Origin: Shigella phage SFPB
Reading direction: 5' to 3' (one strand)
Sequence record: OQ031072
DNA: 64,000 bases
The translations under genes and the position numbers were made by a program. Of this stretch, positions 19,635-29,638 are shown one piece after another. The notes under the pieces are model-generated. The model was not told the origin of the DNA. It was given only the letters and a program-made list of their open reading frames with translations, and did not search any database. Positions within the stretch are counted from its first letter, which is position 1; every line of letters begins with the position of its first letter.

Positions 19635-20119
19635 TGAACTACATGGAAATACGAAAATTCGATACAGCGAACGGTGAAGGTGCTCGTGTCAGTCTTTTTG
19701 TAGCTGGCTGCAAACATCACTGTGAAGGTTGTTTTAACAAGGAATCTTGGAAGTTTAATGCTGGTAAAGAGTTTACTTATGCAAACCTTTATGGCATTAT
19801 GCAGATAATGAATGATGATGGAATCAGTGGTCTATCTATCCTTGGTGGAGAGCCACTTGATGATAGGAATGTTCAGACAGTAACAAATATCTGTAAGCGG
19901 ATTAAAACCGTATACCCAGACAAATCTATATGGTTATGGACAGGTTACCAGCTACATGAAAAAATTAACTTAGAAGTGATGAAATATGTTGACGTGGTAA
20001 TAGATGGTAAGTATGATGCTTCTAAACCAACACACAAACCATATCGTGGGTCTGACAATCAAATACTTTGGAGAAAAGAATATGGCTGGCAAGGCGACTG
20101 TCAATGGAGAGCAGAATAG
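19628..20119 (+). CDS. nrdG: anaerobic ribonucleotide reductase activating protein (radical SAM)
   Basis: 163 aa; Cys cluster CKHHCEGC near N-terminus; adjacent to nrdD. Confidence 0.8.
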   Translation: MLMNYMEIRKFDTANGEGARVSLFVAGCKHHCEGCFNKESWKFNAGKEFTYANLYGIMQIMNDDGISGLSILGGEPLDDRNVQTVTNICKRIKTVYPDKSIWLWTGYQLHEKINLEVMKYVDVVIDGKYDASKPTHKPYRGSDNQILWRKEYGWQGDCQWRAE

Positions 20120-20144
20120 AGCGGGTTTTCGAAGAGGTGAGATT

Positions 20145-20402
20145 ATGACCATTTCTTGCAATAGCTCACTGTTTGGAGAGTATAAGGTTAACCCTAACAC
20201 TCTTGAAGATTGGCAGAAGTACACAAAGAGTCTTTTTGATACAACTGGATTAGACGCTTTAAAAAAGCTTGCAGAAGTTGAAGTTTTCAGAGTAAAATAT
20301 AAGTCACACATGTCAAACTTCTACGCAACAAATATTGTTGAAGATGACAAAGTGGTTTCCGTAACAGAAGAAGAACTGAAGCAGTTCTGTATTAAACTTT
20401 AA
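20145..20402 (+). CDS. hypothetical protein
   Basis: Internal ATG 20145 after nrdG stop (track start 20004 overlaps nrdG). Confidence 0.35.
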   Translation: MTISCNSSLFGEYKVNPNTLEDWQKYTKSLFDTTGLDALKKLAEVEVFRVKYKSHMSNFYATNIVEDDKVVSVTEEELKQFCIKL

Positions 20403-20417
20403 TAGAGAGATATTAAA

Positions 20418-20675
20418 ATGGGAATTTTTTCAAACATGAAAGCAGGTTTCTTAGCAGCTCTGGCAAAATCAGCAGCTATCGTTTCAATGACTGGTAAGCA
20501 GGTTGGAGTAGACGCTTCAGCAGTTGCACAGGTTCTTGCAAGCCAGATTGAACAGCAACCTTACATCCATGTTGGACGTGGTAAAGGTGGTAAGAAGCAA
20601 GCTCATCGCCAAACTGGTGCAGCAGCAATTAAACGTGCAGCTAAAAAAGCTCGCAACCGTAAACGTAGCAAGTAA
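20418..20675 (+). CDS. hypothetical basic protein
   Basis: 85 aa, Lys/Arg-rich C-terminus. Confidence 0.4.
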   Translation: MGIFSNMKAGFLAALAKSAAIVSMTGKQVGVDASAVAQVLASQIEQQPYIHVGRGKGGKKQAHRQTGAAAIKRAAKKARNRKRSK

Positions 20676-20686
20676 GGATTATTAAA

Positions 20687-20998
20687 ATGGAAAAGGTTTA
20701 TAACACTCGTAAAATTCAGATTTCTATCCTGTGCCAGTTTATGGCTGATAAACACAACTCCCACTATTGTGGTACAGGTTTCCTTACTCTAGGTGGTGGC
20801 TACATTAGCTTCAAAGAAGCTGTGAAGATGTATAATGAGCACCCTGAAGATGACAAAGAGTTGAAACAACTGAAGCTTACTTATGACAAGAAGCGTAAGA
20901 AAATTATCTGCTTGAACAATTTTATCAAGCCAACTGAGAACGTCTATGATGCAATTGGTGAAGAAGGCTTCTTCAAAGTCTTGAAATTAACTCAGTAA
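20687..20998 (+). CDS. hypothetical protein
   Basis: ORF track 103 aa. Confidence 0.4.
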   Translation: MEKVYNTRKIQISILCQFMADKHNSHYCGTGFLTLGGGYISFKEAVKMYNEHPEDDKELKQLKLTYDKKRKKIICLNNFIKPTENVYDAIGEEGFFKVLKLTQ

Positions 20999-21011
20999 AT
21001 GTATATGATTA

Positions 21012-21036
21012 GGGAACTGTAAAAGGTTCCTTTTTA
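21012..21036 (+). terminator. rho-independent terminator
   Basis: GGGAAC...GTTCC hairpin + TTTTTATTTT. Confidence 0.6.
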
Positions 21037-21049
21037 TTTTGGAGAAATC

Positions 21050-21565
21050 ATGTACCATTCAAATCTGAAACGTGCTGCTGCAATGTCTGTTCTTCGTCTT
21101 GATTTTGATGAGCGTCAAGAGTTTATCGATTCACATCAGTATGACCCTTCAAATTCTAACCACATGGTACTTTGGAACCGTGGTAAGTTTCGTGATAGTG
21201 CCTTGTTCCAGTACTACCCTCACTATACTATTGACAACCTCTATGAATACTGTGTTGTCAAGAACACTATTGCAACCCTTAATAAGCTTTGTAGATATTC
21301 TGGAAAGAAAGCTTTCACATTAGGCCACCATAAGCCCGTGACAAAAGGTGGAGAGCACCATTGCTCAAACTGGTTTATCCAGACTCAAGAAGATAACCAG
21401 AAGCAGGGAGAGAAGCTTCCAGAGGCTCCTAAGATGACTTGGGAGGAACAGAAAGCATATCTTAAAAATAATATGCCACCAATGCTTGACAGGGAATATG
21501 CAGTTCTGGCAATATCACTCTTGTTGAAGCTTGAGACAGTTTATGAGGCAACTTATCATGGCTAG
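21050..21565 (+). CDS. HNH endonuclease-like protein
   Basis: LGHHKPVTKGGEHHCSNW resembles HNH core. Confidence 0.4.
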   Translation: MYHSNLKRAAAMSVLRLDFDERQEFIDSHQYDPSNSNHMVLWNRGKFRDSALFQYYPHYTIDNLYEYCVVKNTIATLNKLCRYSGKKAFTLGHHKPVTKGGEHHCSNWFIQTQEDNQKQGEKLPEAPKMTWEEQKAYLKNNMPPMLDREYAVLAISLLLKLETVYEATYHG

Positions 21566-21836
21566 AGAACAATGGGATATCAAAGAGCTAATTAGCGAAG
21601 CTGGAAATGGTAGTGAGATGTATATGATACGTGGTCACGTCCCAGATGCACTTGCTATTGAGATGATAGACCACTACTCCAACGGATTCTATAAAGAGTT
21701 TGGAGAGCCAAATATTGAACGTACTTGGACAAAACCAGTACCAGACGGAACAGGAAACTGTTCAGTTATCTACCATATTGTAGACCCAAAGAAATGTAAA
21801 TCAGCTATGGCTGTAACATTTGTAACTTTTGATTGA
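21531..21836 (+). CDS. hypothetical protein
   Basis: ORF track 101 aa. Confidence 0.35.
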   Translation: MRQFMRQLIMAREQWDIKELISEAGNGSEMYMIRGHVPDALAIEMIDHYSNGFYKEFGEPNIERTWTKPVPDGTGNCSVIYHIVDPKKCKSAMAVTFVTFD

Positions 21837-21846
21837 GAGAAATATT

Positions 21847-22728
21847 ATGAAAACTACTATTCGAGTTCTACTTAATTCAAATTCCAAAGGTTCTCATCAA
21901 GAGACCTTCAACATTATCCAGTTCCCTTCTGGGGAGATTGGTGGTAACTTCTCAGAAGACTTAGTAGACTTTGCTGAACATGCTGCTGGTAAGATTGAAA
22001 ACGTAATATTCACTGTACAAGGTTATGACAAAGACACACTCTTTGCATTGGCTATGGCTAAAGAAGCAATTGACCGTTTGATTCCTCAGAAAGCAACCCT
22101 GAAAACTGTTGTCTTTGGATTCTTACCAAATGCTCGCTATGACCGTCACATGTTTAAAGGTGATGCAGCAGCACTTAAAGTCTTTGCAAATCTTGTAAAT
22201 GCTATGGAGTTCGATGCAGTATGTGCTCTGGATACTCACAGTAATGTTGCAGAGAATTTGTTTAAGAGCTTCTACAACCTCCCTCAAAAAGAGGCAGCAG
22301 TCCACTTTGCAAGTGACCCACGCATTGATTACTTAGTGGCTCCAGATGCAGGTGCAGCTAAGAAGACTGAAGAGGCTGCTAAAGAGGTTGAGAAACCTTA
22401 CATTACAATGGCTAAGGTACGAAACCTGAAAACTGGTGAAATCACTGGTATGCGAATCCTTGATGATGTAGACTTGACAGGTAAGACCGTCATGATTCTG
22501 GATGATATCTGTGACGGTGGTCGAACATTTATCGAGGCTGCAAAGTATCTTCGTGAAGCTGGAGCAGAACGTGTAGAACTGTATGTCACTCATGGGATTT
22601 TCTCTAAAGGTGTTGAAAATCTCCTTGACAATGGTATCGACCATATCTACACTACAAACTCACTAGGGGATGAAAAAGACCGTGGTCTTTCCCACTTCTC
22701 ACAAGTGACCGTAGCAAATATTGAATAA
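21847..22728 (+). CDS. ribose-phosphate pyrophosphokinase (PRPP synthetase)-like; possible ADPR-PP synthetase
   Basis: PRPP-binding loop VMILDDICDGGRTF; ATG 21847 after GAGAG RBS (track start 21829); adjacent to NAMPT-like gene. Confidence 0.7.
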   Translation: MKTTIRVLLNSNSKGSHQETFNIIQFPSGEIGGNFSEDLVDFAEHAAGKIENVIFTVQGYDKDTLFALAMAKEAIDRLIPQKATLKTVVFGFLPNARYDRHMFKGDAAALKVFANLVNAMEFDAVCALDTHSNVAENLFKSFYNLPQKEAAVHFASDPRIDYLVAPDAGAAKKTEEAAKEVEKPYITMAKVRNLKTGEITGMRILDDVDLTGKTVMILDDICDGGRTFIEAAKYLREAGAERVELYVTHGIFSKGVENLLDNGIDHIYTTNSLGDEKDRGLSHFSQVTVANIE

Positions 22729-22772
22729 AAACTTTAGGGGCTGAAAAGCCCCACTTTGAGAGAGATAAAAAG

Positions 22773-24599
22773 ATGACTAAATCAATCTATGCAGTACCAG
22801 CAGGTCTTAATGCAGATGCTTATAAAGCGGGTCATATCTATCAGTATCCAGATGCTACACAGTATCTTATGTTGAACTTAACACCTCGTGGAGATAAATG
22901 GTTTAACTCTCCGTTAGAGATTGATGGTGTTGTAGCTTTTGGTATTCAGCGTTTTGTAAAAGACTATCTGGTAGACCACTGGAATGCAACGTTCTTTGAA
23001 CGTGATAAGAAAGAAGCCATTGACGAAATCTTGGAAATCATGAATGGTGTCCTTGGTGCAGATACTATTGGTCGTCAACATTGGGAAGAACTTCATGACT
23101 TGGGTTACCTACCTGTTGAAGTCTACTCTGTAGAGGAAGGTACAATTGTCCCTATGCGTGTCCCGATGATTGTCTTCAAAAATACTGTAGAGGGATTCCA
23201 TTGGGTAGCTGGTTACCTTGAAGATGCTTTCTCTGCTGAAATCTGGAAAGCTTGTACGATTGCAACTATTGCACTGCATTACAAACGTATTTGTAAGCAA
23301 TGGGCTGATTTAACCTGTGACAACGACTCCCATTTACCTTGGCAGTGTCATGACTTTGCAATGCGTGGCATGTCTGGCTTCACAGATGATGCGTTTAACG
23401 CAGTAGGACACCTGACAAGCTTTAAAGGCACTGACAGCTTCCCTGCTGTCTACACTGCTAAACGTTCTTATGGTCAGTTTATGGAAGTAAGTGATATCGG
23501 CAACTCTGTACCAGCTACTGAACACTCTGTGATGTGCGCAAACATTTCATGGAATATGAAAGACTTGTCAGAGGAAGATATTCATTCACAGTACATCATG
23601 CGGTCTGATAGCTTGCTGGATGCAAAACGTTGGCGTGGTGAGGTTAAAACCTTTGAGCATTTACTGGTAGACGTATATCCAACTGGTATTGCAAGTGTTG
23701 TTTCAGATACTTACAACTTCTGGCGTACTGTTACAGAGATTCTGCCAGAGCTACGTAATGTAATTCTGAATCGTGATGGTAAGTTGGTAATTCGTCCAGA
23801 CTCTGGAGACCCTGTTCACATTGTTACAGGTTACAAAGCCGTTGAATGGGAAACTGCTAAGTCAATGTTCTACAAGCACATGAAAGGTCTTGCACCAGAT
23901 AATACCCATCTGCATGACACAATCTTGAATTGTGAAATGTCTGATATTGGTTTTGGGTTCTCTGCTTGGTTAATCTCTGAAGGTTATGAGATGGTTGTTG
24001 AAAATGAAGATTTTGATTATATTGATACAATCAACCTGATTACCGCTCAGAAAACTGGACAGTTTACTGTGAAGCGTATGTTAACAGCAGAAATTGATGG
24101 AGCTATCCACACGCTGTATAACATATTTGGTGGCACTGTTAACTCCAAAGGGTACAAAGTACTGGATGAGCACATTGGGCTAATCTACGGTGATTCTATC
24201 ACTCTGGAAAGGGCTAATGAGATTCTGTCACGTCTTGCTGATAAAGGTTTTGCAAGTTCTAACGTGGTGTTTGGTGTAGGCTCATATACCTATCAGTACC
24301 TGACCCGTGACACCTTTGCATTTGCTGTTAAAGCAACTCTTGCACAGATGGATGGTCAAGAAATTATGCTGGCTAAAGACCCTAAAACTGACAGTGGTCT
24401 TAAGAAGTCTGCTTTTGGTGGGGTTGTCCCTATGTGGGATGGTGACAAGCTGGTAGCTGTAGATGGTTTTGGATTTGCAGAGTTTGAAGGTGCAATTGAC
24501 AATTGCCATAGTGCTTTGAAACTGGTATTTAGCAATTCACAGGCTTGTAACCGTGTTAACCTGCGTGATGTTCGAAATACTATTGACAAGCAACTTTAA
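22773..24599 (+). CDS. nicotinamide phosphoribosyltransferase (NAMPT/NadV) family protein
   Basis: 608 aa; NAMPT motifs NADAYKAGH and RPDSGDP. Confidence 0.8.
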   Translation: MTKSIYAVPAGLNADAYKAGHIYQYPDATQYLMLNLTPRGDKWFNSPLEIDGVVAFGIQRFVKDYLVDHWNATFFERDKKEAIDEILEIMNGVLGADTIGRQHWEELHDLGYLPVEVYSVEEGTIVPMRVPMIVFKNTVEGFHWVAGYLEDAFSAEIWKACTIATIALHYKRICKQWADLTCDNDSHLPWQCHDFAMRGMSGFTDDAFNAVGHLTSFKGTDSFPAVYTAKRSYGQFMEVSDIGNSVPATEHSVMCANISWNMKDLSEEDIHSQYIMRSDSLLDAKRWRGEVKTFEHLLVDVYPTGIASVVSDTYNFWRTVTEILPELRNVILNRDGKLVIRPDSGDPVHIVTGYKAVEWETAKSMFYKHMKGLAPDNTHLHDTILNCEMSDIGFGFSAWLISEGYEMVVENEDFDYIDTINLITAQKTGQFTVKRMLTAEIDGAIHTLYNIFGGTVNSKGYKVLDEHIGLIYGDSITLERANEILSRLADKGFASSNVVFGVGSYTYQYLTRDTFAFAVKATLAQMDGQEIMLAKDPKTDSGLKKSAFGGVVPMWDGDKLVAVDGFGFAEFEGAIDNCHSALKLVFSNSQACNRVNLRDVRNTIDKQL

Positions 24600-24612
24600 A
24601 ACAGTATGATAA

Positions 24613-24636
24613 GAGGCTCCTACGGGAGCCTTTTTA
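24613..24636 (+). terminator. rho-independent terminator
   Basis: GGCTCC-TACG-GGAGCC + TTTTT. Confidence 0.7.
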
Positions 24637-24640
24637 ATTT

Positions 24641-24868
24641 GTGGAGAAGAATATGAGATTTAACACGGATTTATTTTATACAGATAGCACTGGATTCTTT
24701 GGTGGATATTGTGTAGCATCTTGGCAGTTATGGTTCTCAGAAGAGTACAGGGGTGATATGCAGGTTTTTGTAGAAGATTATAAGTTCCCTACAAAACCTA
24801 CTAAACGCCAGATTAGAAAGCTTCGCAGAGAGTTTCGTAAAACTTGCAAAGGGATTAACAGACTATGA
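24641..24868 (+). CDS. hypothetical protein
   Basis: ORF track 75 aa. Confidence 0.4.
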   Translation: MEKNMRFNTDLFYTDSTGFFGGYCVASWQLWFSEEYRGDMQVFVEDYKFPTKPTKRQIRKLRREFRKTCKGINRL

Positions 24869-25200
24869 AAATTAAACAGATGAATGTTAATTTAATCATT
24901 GAAGAACGTTGGGAAAACATCAAGCGCCATGAAGATGGTCATAAGTTTATCAATGAACTGTTTCAAGCAGCACAATCAGAGTTAGCTTCTGAGATTTATA
25001 CAACGGTTACTTTGAAGGTTTATATCAAAGGTCTTCCACAGAACCATCAAGAAGCTCTTGATTTGTTTCAAGAAGAATTTTACAATCCAAACAAAAAGAT
25101 ACTTGAGAATAGTTTTGCAGTATCTTCGAGTATTGTCCATGACAGGAGTTTTGTCCTATTCAGAACTATAGGAGACAAGGTATGCAAGGTTATTGGTTAG
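24865..25200 (+). CDS. hypothetical protein
   Basis: ORF track 111 aa. Confidence 0.4.
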   Translation: MKIKQMNVNLIIEERWENIKRHEDGHKFINELFQAAQSELASEIYTTVTLKVYIKGLPQNHQEALDLFQEEFYNPNKKILENSFAVSSSIVHDRSFVLFRTIGDKVCKVIG

Positions 25201-25361
25201 AAATTGTTCTTTCACTCGGTTGTATAGTTGCTATTGCAGTATTACTATGCAAGTACTTCTCAGAGACTGAACCTTGTGATGAATGTGAAGGTTCTGGGGT
25301 AGTTGGTATAGGGCATTGTTGCCCTTACTGTAATGGAACTGGAAAGAAATTTAAAAAGTAA
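25182..25361 (+). CDS. small membrane protein with C-terminal CxxC...CxxC (59 aa)
   Basis: MQGYWLEIVLSLGCIVAIAVLLC...CDECEG...CCPYCNG; below track cutoff. Confidence 0.3.
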   Translation: MQGYWLEIVLSLGCIVAIAVLLCKYFSETEPCDECEGSGVVGIGHCCPYCNGTGKKFKK

Positions 25362-25389
25362 CTTGACAGTGGCATCTATAAAATTATAT
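25362..25389 (+). promoter_or_regulatory. sigma70-like promoter TTGACA-N16-TATATA upstream of rIIA-like gene
   Basis: Consensus match. Confidence 0.5.
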
Positions 25390-25423
25390 AGTTTGCCACA
25401 TCGACAACTAAGGAGATACTCTT

Positions 25424-27796
25424 ATGCGCATGGTAAATGACCACGCAACGGTAATTAAAAGCTCAAGTACACTGGAAACCTCTCAGGCTCAGATTAAGAT
25501 GACACCTGAAATGTTCAGTCTTCTAAGCTCAGGTGTTTACACATATAAAGAACGTGCTGTAATTCGTGAATTGTCATGTAACGCAGTAGATGCTCACATT
25601 GATTCTGGTAACGTTGATAAACCTTTCTTGGTTCACTTACCAACTCGTTTCGAGCCATTCTTTGAAGTTCGTGACTTTGGTACTGGATTGACTCATGATA
25701 AAGTAATGGACCTCTACATGAACTACGGAGAGTCAACAAAGAATGATTCAAATGACTACATCGGAGCTATGGGTATCGGTTCAAAGTCACCGTTTGCGAT
25801 TGCTCAATCATTTACTGTATCAAGCTACGTTGATGGTGTTGTTAACAAGTACTCTGTATATCTTGAGAATGGTATCCCTCAAGTTACTAAGTTGACTACT
25901 AACCCAACTACAGAGCCAAATGGTTTAGCTGTTCGAGTAGCGGTATCTGATAACCGTATTAACAAGTTTCATGAAGAAGCGAGCAATGTATACTCGTACT
26001 TTAAAGTTAAGCCAGAGTGTAATGTTGAGTACTATGACATTCTTGAAGCAATGACTTCCATTTCTCGTGAAGATGGTGTCTATGATGCAATGAAGTACAA
26101 AGAGAACTGGCGCTCAAATAGTAACAGTGTCCATTTCAACGTAATCATGGGAGATATTGCTTATCCTGTTGAAATGGGCGAGTTGCTTGGTTCAGAGTTT
26201 ACAAGTATTCTGCCTCAGTTCTTCCGTAGTGCTGTAGACCTTGTTAATATCTACATGCCAATTGGTTCAGTGGCTATTGCTGCATCTCGTGAAGCATTAC
26301 AGATGAATGAGACCACTAAGACAAAGATTGTTGAAGCCGTGAAGAAAATCACTAAGACAATCGTTGAAGATGTGGTTAAAGAGATTGCTAATAAGCCAAC
26401 GCTGATTGATGCTGCTCAGGCTTATGATACCATGAGGAAAGAGGCTCGTGAAATCTTTAATCACGTCCAAGATTCTCTGGAGTGGCAAGGTCAGAACTTG
26501 AAAAAGCTTGAACAAAAGCTATTGGGTATTCGTCGTGGTCAGTTAACTGAAGCAGATGGTTCTCCATCATTCTTGAAAGATGATGCAGGTAACTTAAGGC
26601 TTGACAAAGACGGTAATCCAGTCCCTAATATTGGTAATCTGTATGAGCCTGTAGCATATTACAAGTACAGCAGTCTGGAGAATCGTATTCGAGCAACTTC
26701 AGCAACATATTCACAAGATGCTGCCATGTTTAGTATCTTTGGTGCAATGAGTAAAGATAAGTTGAGCAACTATTTGTTCCTTATCAATGACCGTCGAAAC
26801 AAGAACGGGTCTGAAAAGACGACTGGTAAAAATCAGATTATCCGTGGAGCTTGCCGTGACCGTGAACAGGAAGATTCTAACTTCCGTCGCTACAATGGTA
26901 TTGCTTTCTTGTTCAGCAGTCAGCAGCAATTTGATGAATTTGTAGCTCTGCATATGCTTGACAAGACTCTGTTAAGTGTGCATACAATGTCATCTAAAGA
27001 GCACCACTATGAGAAACGTACCATTGTACGTGGAGTGGTGAAGCTGTACAAAGCATTTATATGTCCAAATACTTACATGATTCGTTATACAGAGGTTAAA
27101 GAGAACTTTGATGAGATTGAAGAACCACAACTGTATATCAAAGCACAGAGTGATGAAGTGATTGGTGGAATCTTCTCATGTTCACCAGAACGTGCTGCAA
27201 CGTTGATGACAGAGTTAACTGGACAGTCTGTTTATGTCTTCCGTAAAGCCAACTGGAAAAAGATTCCTGAAGACTGGACAGAAGTCAATGAACAAGTAAT
27301 GAAAGATTTTATTGATAACACTCATTGGATTGAGTATCACCGTTACTTGACTCACCAATATATGACTAATAATCATGATATCACTGATTGTAATGTGATT
27401 TCTCGAAACTTTATGTTTGCTGATAAGCGTAAGTCCAGAGGCCACATTTACAGTAAAGACTTTAAGAAGACTATTTTCTTAGAGGGGAATGAAGAGGCTA
27501 TAGAAGCAATGTTTGGACGCTTGGCATATACTGCTGCACCAGTTGCTTACAAAGATATTACCAGCACTCTTGATACCATTCGCAGGAATATGAGAGGCTC
27601 TTGTAAGCCAAGAAAGGTTCTGGATAACGCTAAGAAGCGTCTTGAAAGTAAGTTCAAAGATTACTTTGAGAAACGCCGTAAAGAAAACTTCTTGCTTTCT
27701 AATCTGGATTGGAATAAAGTATCACCAGTCGAAGTTGGTAAGTTTTTAGGTTTTGACACTAAGAGCATTCCAGAAGATACTGTATGCTGGGATTAA
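25424..27796 (+). CDS. rIIA: rIIA-like protein (GHKL ATPase N-terminal domain)
   Basis: 790 aa; HATPase_c-like boxes ELSCNAVDA, RDFGTGL, GAMGIGSKS; followed by rIIB-like gene. Confidence 0.65.
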   Translation: MRMVNDHATVIKSSSTLETSQAQIKMTPEMFSLLSSGVYTYKERAVIRELSCNAVDAHIDSGNVDKPFLVHLPTRFEPFFEVRDFGTGLTHDKVMDLYMNYGESTKNDSNDYIGAMGIGSKSPFAIAQSFTVSSYVDGVVNKYSVYLENGIPQVTKLTTNPTTEPNGLAVRVAVSDNRINKFHEEASNVYSYFKVKPECNVEYYDILEAMTSISREDGVYDAMKYKENWRSNSNSVHFNVIMGDIAYPVEMGELLGSEFTSILPQFFRSAVDLVNIYMPIGSVAIAASREALQMNETTKTKIVEAVKKITKTIVEDVVKEIANKPTLIDAAQAYDTMRKEAREIFNHVQDSLEWQGQNLKKLEQKLLGIRRGQLTEADGSPSFLKDDAGNLRLDKDGNPVPNIGNLYEPVAYYKYSSLENRIRATSATYSQDAAMFSIFGAMSKDKLSNYLFLINDRRNKNGSEKTTGKNQIIRGACRDREQEDSNFRRYNGIAFLFSSQQQFDEFVALHMLDKTLLSVHTMSSKEHHYEKRTIVRGVVKLYKAFICPNTYMIRYTEVKENFDEIEEPQLYIKAQSDEVIGGIFSCSPERAATLMTELTGQSVYVFRKANWKKIPEDWTEVNEQVMKDFIDNTHWIEYHRYLTHQYMTNNHDITDCNVISRNFMFADKRKSRGHIYSKDFKKTIFLEGNEEAIEAMFGRLAYTAAPVAYKDITSTLDTIRRNMRGSCKPRKVLDNAKKRLESKFKDYFEKRRKENFLLSNLDWNKVSPVEVGKFLGFDTKSIPEDTVCWD

Positions 27797-27803
27797 AAAT
27801 AGT

Positions 27804-27832
27804 TTGACAGGGGCTGAAAAGCCCCTTAGAAT
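27804..27832 (+). promoter_or_regulatory. sigma70-like promoter TTGACA-N17-TAGAAT with GGGGCT/AGCCCC hairpin in spacer
   Basis: Consensus match. Confidence 0.5.
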
Positions 27833-27875
27833 ACGAACCACTAAGTAATTTTAAACAACAAAGAGAGATATTGAA

Positions 27876-28988
27876 ATGACTACTAAGACTAAAGCACAAA
27901 TCGACGCAGAAATCTATGCACTGGTTAAAGAAGGTAAACTGACCAAAACTGCAATCGCTCTGAAGTATAACACTTCAACCCGTTCGGTAGGTCGTGCTGT
28001 AGAGCGTCATGAAGCAACGCTGCTGTCAGGGAAAACCAAAGCAAAACCTGCAAAGACTCTGAAAGATATTGCTAAGAAAGCTAAAGCAACCAAGAAAGTA
28101 TCTAAGCAGAAAACTGTTGCAAAAGCTGTTAAAGAAGCAGTCAAAACAGAACCTGTGAATGCTCTGCATGAAGCAATGCAGAATAACAGCCAGATTGAAT
28201 ACATGATTACTGGTGATTCTGTTATCATGACTTTCGGTGCAGAGTCTGAGATTGTTGAGTCAACTCATCCTAACTACACTGATATTGTAATGGCTGTTGT
28301 TTCAGGTGAGTACAAGAAAGCTTTTGAACTGATGAACATTCACAAGTCTATTGAGAACTTCACTCAAGGTGCTGTAACCATCAAAGGTGACAACCTGTAT
28401 TACGGTGCTGTTCAGATGCGCTCAACTCTGGTAGACCGTATTCTGGATATGATGAAGAAAGGTGATAATGGTTTTGTTCGACTGATTGCATTCTTCGAAA
28501 AACTTATGGAAAACCCATCAAAAGATTCTGTAGAACAACTTTGGGGCTTCGTATCACACCTTGATGTTGAAATTGATGAAGAAGGTTATATCATCGGCTG
28601 GAAGAAAGTCACAACCCGTGGTGGTAAACTGTTTGACTCTCGTACCTGCAAAGTTCCAAATGATTTGGGTAACATTGTAGAGATGCCACGTTGGATGGTT
28701 GATAATAACCGTCATGTAACCTGCTCTCAGGGTCTGCACGTTGGTGCTTGGGATTATGTAACTAGCTTCTCTGGTGACACTATCCTGAAAGTTCGTGTTC
28801 ATCCTCGTGATGTTGTTTCAGTACCAACTGACTACAACGACATGAAAATGCGAGCTTCCCGTTATGAAGTTGCAGCGATTGTAAATAGTCGCCGTGAAGT
28901 CATCAAAGAGTGGGATGGTTCAGAAGCACTCCACGTAGTTGTAGGTACTGCTGGTGAACTGATTTCTCAGCGTAAACGTGAAGTCTAA
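27876..28988 (+). CDS. rIIB: rIIB-like protein
   Basis: 370 aa directly downstream of rIIA-like gene; N-terminal region resembles T4 rIIB. Confidence 0.55.
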   Translation: MTTKTKAQIDAEIYALVKEGKLTKTAIALKYNTSTRSVGRAVERHEATLLSGKTKAKPAKTLKDIAKKAKATKKVSKQKTVAKAVKEAVKTEPVNALHEAMQNNSQIEYMITGDSVIMTFGAESEIVESTHPNYTDIVMAVVSGEYKKAFELMNIHKSIENFTQGAVTIKGDNLYYGAVQMRSTLVDRILDMMKKGDNGFVRLIAFFEKLMENPSKDSVEQLWGFVSHLDVEIDEEGYIIGWKKVTTRGGKLFDSRTCKVPNDLGNIVEMPRWMVDNNRHVTCSQGLHVGAWDYVTSFSGDTILKVRVHPRDVVSVPTDYNDMKMRASRYEVAAIVNSRREVIKEWDGSEALHVVVGTAGELISQRKREV

Positions 28989-29003
28989 TAAGTAAATTCC
29001 TAA

Positions 29004-29029
29004 AGGGGCTGCTTCGGCAGCCTTTTTTA
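29004..29029 (+). terminator. rho-independent terminator
   Basis: GGCTGC-TTCG-GCAGCC + TTTTTT. Confidence 0.7.
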
Positions 29030-29089
29030 TTTGAAAAATGTGCAGGTTAGTGTATAATTGTCTGCATGTTTAACAAAATAGGAGTGCAA

Positions 29090-29638
29090 ATGAAGAAATT
29101 TGTTTTAGGTTTGTGCTTATTCTTTACAGCACATTTAGCTACAGCGTCTGACTGTCCAGAGCTTACAATCAGTCAGAAAGTTAATATGTTAAAAGCATAT
29201 AACTATGGCGAAGGACAGATGGGAAAAGGTTGGGGAATCCCTTTAGCAGCTATAGCCTTACAAGAGTCACAATTAGGTGTCATGTTAGAAAATAAAAAGA
29301 CTCATGATTATGGTGTTTTCCAAAATCACTTGAAGACTGTTGTAAAGCGTAACAAGGTATCTCCAAAGGTTGCTAAGAAGAAGCTAGTAAGTGACTTCCA
29401 TTACTCAGCGAAAGAGGCTCATAAGGAGCTATTATTCTGGACTAAGGTTCATGGTAACCCAGATGGAAAGTACTCTATGAAGCGTGTCCTAGCTTCTTAT
29501 AATGCTGGTTACAAATACAAGATTCCAAAGGCTAGACAATACTCTCAAGATGTGTACAATAACATGAAACTGCTGGCTCAATGTGAGTTTGCAACAAACA
29601 TTAAAAAGGTAAAATATGAGCGAATCAAAACAATTTGA
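29090..29638 (+). CDS. secreted lytic transglycosylase-like protein
   Basis: Signal peptide MKKFVLGLCLFFTAHLATA; SLT-like motifs ALQESQLG and SYNAGYKY; ATG 29090 after AGGAG. Confidence 0.45.
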   Translation: MKKFVLGLCLFFTAHLATASDCPELTISQKVNMLKAYNYGEGQMGKGWGIPLAAIALQESQLGVMLENKKTHDYGVFQNHLKTVVKRNKVSPKVAKKKLVSDFHYSAKEAHKELLFWTKVHGNPDGKYSMKRVLASYNAGYKYKIPKARQYSQDVYNNMKLLAQCEFATNIKKVKYERIKTI

